From the IMG/VR virus record IMGVR_UViG_3300021446_000194: 59,021 nucleotides of DNA; one strand, 5' to 3'. The notes beneath the pieces were generated by a model, which was not told the DNA's origin, made no database searches, and saw nothing but the letters and a program-made list of their open reading frames with translations. Below are positions 55,805 to 59,021 of this stretch, in pieces. Positions within the stretch are counted from its first letter, which is position 1, and each line of letters starts with the position of its first letter. The DNA is from an uncultured virus (IMG/VR IMGVR_UViG_3300021446_000194) (lineage: Varidnaviria > Helvetiavirae > Dividoviricota > Laserviricetes > Halopanivirales). The translations under genes and the position numbers were made by a program.

Positions 55805-56425
55805 TTATGGGTAGAATCCGATCTCGTCGAACCACATTTCAATGGCGGAACTGTCGGAGAACGAACCTTCGTTGAAGTGTTCAAGTTCAACTTCTGCGAC
55901 ACCTGTTGTATTAACGAGTGGGCGCCCACTGTCGGTGTACGTACTCCCTGATTGAAGATCCTCGAAGTCTACATCAAAGGTCCCAGCACCCCAGTCGAAA
56001 GTTACAGTAAACCGAACCCACCTGTCAACACCATCTCCGCCGAAAACTTGCCCGGAGCCGTTGCCGTCGATGATTACCCAGGAGGGGTTGTCGGTGGCAA
56101 GCCCAAGTACAATGTTCCCGTTCCCATCACGAACCTGCATCCCTCCCCCGTGGCCCGAGTTCGAGTCGTTCCAGAAATACTCAAGTTTCGACAGTTGGCG
56201 TTCATCTCCGTCATAAGGCTGAGCGTGCGCCTCAGGGTCTTGGCTACCTGAGATATACCCTGCGTATGATCCGTTGTGGACCCGATCTTGAACAGCAGTT
56301 AGGTTCGTATCTTGCGTCCATCGAGATGTATCTCCCGTCTCGAAGTCATAGACTACGTCCCCAGATATACTGGTCAGTGTATTAAGATCCGGAGTGGAAA
56401 TACCATCCGTTTGCAGCCCCATCAA
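55805..56425 (-). CDS. Lectin/LamG-like beta-sandwich protein
   Basis: YDFETGD...W, WVRFTVTFDW, WFDEI. Confidence 0.55.
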   Translation of the reverse strand: MMGLQTDGISTPDLNTLTSISGDVVYDFETGDTSRWTQDTNLTAVQDRVHNGSYAGYISGSQDPEAHAQPYDGDERQLSKLEYFWNDSNSGHGGGMQVRDGNGNIVLGLATDNPSWVIIDGNGSGQVFGGDGVDRWVRFTVTFDWGAGTFDVDFEDLQSGSTYTDSGRPLVNTTGVAEVELEHFNEGSFSDSSAIEMWFDEIGFYP

Positions 56426-56748
56426 TCAGTCACCTCAAAGCCGACAGCCCAGAGGTCCGCCGTCCCACCGCTGACATTCTTTAAGACGGTGCGGACGTTC
56501 TGTGATTGGCTGGCGAGGAAGTCATTATCTTGACTGTGCCACTCTCCGGTTGGGTTATCAACCAAAGTCGAAACTTCCCACGTCCCATCACCATCCGGGT
56601 CGAGTTCTTTCCGTATCTCAGCGTCCGCTCCCCCGCCAAGCTCGGTAATGTTCACCGCACCTGTACCGGCCCCACTACCGTCGATGATGACGGTCCCTCC
56701 GTCAGCAACGCCAGACTGTCCCTTTGCGTAGGATGAGTTTTCAGCCAT
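56422..56748 (-). CDS. Small beta-sandwich structural protein
   Basis: Gly-rich strands; within the structural operon. Confidence 0.6.
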   Translation of the reverse strand: MAENSSYAKGQSGVADGGTVIIDGSGAGTGAVNITELGGGADAEIRKELDPDGDGTWEVSTLVDNPTGEWHSQDNDFLASQSQNVRTVLKNVSGGTADLWAVGFEVTD

Positions 56749-56751
56749 AGG

Positions 56752-57003
56752 CTATCTTGCCTCCCCTTCGCGGCGCACAACCATTTGTGCTTCGGTGGTA
56801 CTGACCTCAGAAACGGTTTCGACTGTCTCTGCTGGATGCCCAACCCGGGCAAGCATCTGTGCACTCCCCGAGTCAGCGGTATCGTTGCTACCAGCACCTC
56901 CGCCGCCGTTAGTGACCTGCCCGCCGAGGACGCGCTGCGCTGTCACGTTTCTGTCGGGGGGCTTCGCACTACGTCTTGGGGATCGAACGCGGTCAGAGGT
57001 CAT
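56752..57003 (-). CDS. Small hypothetical protein
   Basis: ATGA-coupled within the operon. Confidence 0.55.
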   Translation of the reverse strand: MTSDRVRSPRRSAKPPDRNVTAQRVLGGQVTNGGGGAGSNDTADSGSAQMLARVGHPAETVETVSEVSTTEAQMVVRREGEAR

Positions 57004-57914
57004 GGCGCACCCCCAATTATCACGTCAGCTGTGTCACCGGCCGTCCCGGTTCCACTCACTTCGACTCGAACCCACTTTGCTGTCGCATGGGCATAGTTGG
57101 GCTGGAAATCTGTCACTCCGGTTTCTGAGTCAACCTCGAAGTAGTTATTGTCGTCCCACGACCGTTCAACGGTCACATCTGTTGCAGAATCGGCGTTAGT
57201 GAACACAACGTCGACGACGGTGTACCCGTCTATCTGGAGCTTGAAAGTGACCGTATTCTCGATATCGGCGCCGTAGTTTTCGTTGGACTTCTCCAGCGCG
57301 TCCTGTTGATCTGTCGGGACCTGAATCCCGGACGCCTGTATGTCCGTCCGCAACTCGTCGCCGCCCACGGACGAGAGCGGGGACTGATTCAGCGGGTCGA
57401 TCTGGGTTCCCGTACTGTCCTCGACACCAATCGGAGTCTGTTGTTCAACGGGGAGAGTGCCGATATTGTTGTTCTGGAGATCGACACGGACTTGATCGCC
57501 GCCTTGGCTGGCCGTCACAGCCGTTGTAAGCGGGTCGATCTGGGTACCGGCTGAGTCCGTCACCCGGGAAACAAACTCGTCCAACCCTTGCGAGTTGAGC
57601 GCCCGCGCTATGTACTGCACCTGCACAACCGTGCTCGCGTCAGCCGACTGATTCAATTGAGCAGTTGACAGCGGGGTGATCCCACCGGCGCCGTCCTCGA
57701 CGTAGATCCGCGTCCGGTTCTCGTCGTCACCGACGGTTTCGAGTACGTCCGTCAGCCGGGCGCCGTTGTCAGCAACAATCGCCGACTCGATCTTCCCGCC
57801 CGAGGTCAGTGTAATCGGAACGTACTCGCCGTTGTCCTTCCTGGCGTAGAGCCGAGCCTCTTCATTGCGGGTTATTACGTTTTGGTCAGCGTTAATCGGT
57901 CCTTCCTGTCCCAT
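57000..57914 (-). CDS. Putative spike protein, paralog of 54727-55644
   Basis: DSAGTQIDPL and QQTPIGVEDSTGTQIDPL repeats. Confidence 0.6.
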   Translation of the reverse strand: MGQEGPINADQNVITRNEEARLYARKDNGEYVPITLTSGGKIESAIVADNGARLTDVLETVGDDENRTRIYVEDGAGGITPLSTAQLNQSADASTVVQVQYIARALNSQGLDEFVSRVTDSAGTQIDPLTTAVTASQGGDQVRVDLQNNNIGTLPVEQQTPIGVEDSTGTQIDPLNQSPLSSVGGDELRTDIQASGIQVPTDQQDALEKSNENYGADIENTVTFKLQIDGYTVVDVVFTNADSATDVTVERSWDDNNYFEVDSETGVTDFQPNYAHATAKWVRVEVSGTGTAGDTADVIIGGAP

Positions 57915-57971
57915 ACGATCTCATTCAACAGCAATATACGTAAGAGTGGCGCGGATACCAAGAAAGACCGA

Positions 57972-58943
57972 CTACTTAGGAACAGCCATATCCTCCCCGT
58001 ATTCACCTTCTACCACATAACACCCACTATCGAACAGATTGAACTTCTCGATGGTTTCAACAGAAAAGCCGGTAGCCCACAGGGTAAAATCAAGAGGATC
58101 AATACTGATCGAGTGGTAATTCTTTTGTGGTTCGTAAATATCAAGAAGATTTACGTTCTTATCGTAATGAACAAACGGGCTATTGTCGTATTCAGAATAA
58201 CCATTGTCAGGTTCTATCCCCCAAAAACTACCGTCCCTGTAGTCAATACAGAAATCATCCAGATTATTGTTAGTATCTCCCGGCTCCTCTATGATTGACC
58301 AATCTGACGGGTCATAATGCACTAAGCCGTCAAAGTTAGTATGTACCCAAACAGTCCCATCAGTATCAACAGCAACAGAATTAGTAACGTTACCGTGATA
58401 GTGAGTATCTAATACGTTACCCTCCCTGTCAACTTTAGTGATGTCGTCACCACTAATAAAGTACATTAGTCCATTATTCGGATCAAAACTGAGCCCATCT
58501 GGATAGCTTATATCCATAAATTCCGTAACATTACCCTTTCTATCGTATTTTCTAATAGTGTCGTCATTAGAGTTAGGTTCCCAGAATACATTACCTGTCA
58601 GGGGGCAAATTTCCATGACAAATGAATTATCTACAGGAATATCCATAGGTGTAATTTGTTCCCATCTACTGTCTATTGTCTGGGAGATGGTTTTGCCCGC
58701 TAAATTGAGATAGCTTGGTCCACTGTAGTAATTGCCACCTTGATAATCGCCCCTAAAGAGCTTGTATGGAACAACGTCACCCTTGAGTGACTGGGCCGCG
58801 CCGACTTCGGCTGTTTTTCCATTTTGTGTGACTGACAACTCGCCACTGAACTCAAGTGCTGTTGCATCCCTAACTACCGTCTGTCCATCCTCGCCGACCT
58901 TTATATCTGATTCTGGAGTTGGGGGTACACGCTGTTGGCTCAT
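57972..58943 (-). CDS. Beta-propeller (NHL/YncE-like) protein, candidate receptor-binding protein
   Basis: Repeated blades PDGLSFDP, SVAVDTDGTVW, FCIDYRDGSFW, ISIDPLDFTLW; markedly AT-rich. Confidence 0.65.
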   Translation of the reverse strand: MSQQRVPPTPESDIKVGEDGQTVVRDATALEFSGELSVTQNGKTAEVGAAQSLKGDVVPYKLFRGDYQGGNYYSGPSYLNLAGKTISQTIDSRWEQITPMDIPVDNSFVMEICPLTGNVFWEPNSNDDTIRKYDRKGNVTEFMDISYPDGLSFDPNNGLMYFISGDDITKVDREGNVLDTHYHGNVTNSVAVDTDGTVWVHTNFDGLVHYDPSDWSIIEEPGDTNNNLDDFCIDYRDGSFWGIEPDNGYSEYDNSPFVHYDKNVNLLDIYEPQKNYHSISIDPLDFTLWATGFSVETIEKFNLFDSGCYVVEGEYGEDMAVPK

Positions 58944-58966
58944 GTAGACCTATACTCGCCCATCGA

Positions 58967-59021
58967 AAAAAAAAAATCTGGGGTGAGTGGGGCTACCGTA
59001 TTACGGCTACGGAGCACAGGT
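58967..59021. repeat. Terminal direct repeat (identical to 1-55)
   Basis: Exact identity to the window start. Confidence 0.95.

Overview
Most likely the complete circular genome (about 58,966 bp after removing a 55-nt terminal overlap) of a haloarchaeal virus or virus-like element. Support: high GC, a strongly acidic proteome, archaeal TATA-like promoters just before ATG, and archaeal-type Hjc, PCNA, GINS and MCM domains. I recognise no HK97 capsid, portal, terminase, tail genes, DNA polymerase, primase or FtsK/A32-type packaging ATPase. A minus-strand block spanning the junction (about 46.3-59.0 kb plus 0.2-10.0 kb) encodes beta-rich candidate jelly-roll capsid proteins, spike and propeller proteins, Ig-like tail-anchored proteins and small membrane proteins, which suggests a tailless, membrane-containing virion (inference). 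Stand-out observations: (1) a long plus-strand operon opens with an about 850-nt, ORF-poor, highly base-paired region, followed by small genes each preceded by a conserved, covarying double-hairpin (UCAC-type loop plus an occluded Shine-Dalgarno-like motif); (2) a 2153-aa protein begins with two tandem PCNA domains; (3) a helicase-like replication protein carries a captured GINS B-domain; (4) an MCM reduced to its AAA+ domain and a Topo VI-A-like (Mini-A) protein; (5) a subtilisin split into two coupled ORFs. All family calls come from motif recognition by eye, not database searches.
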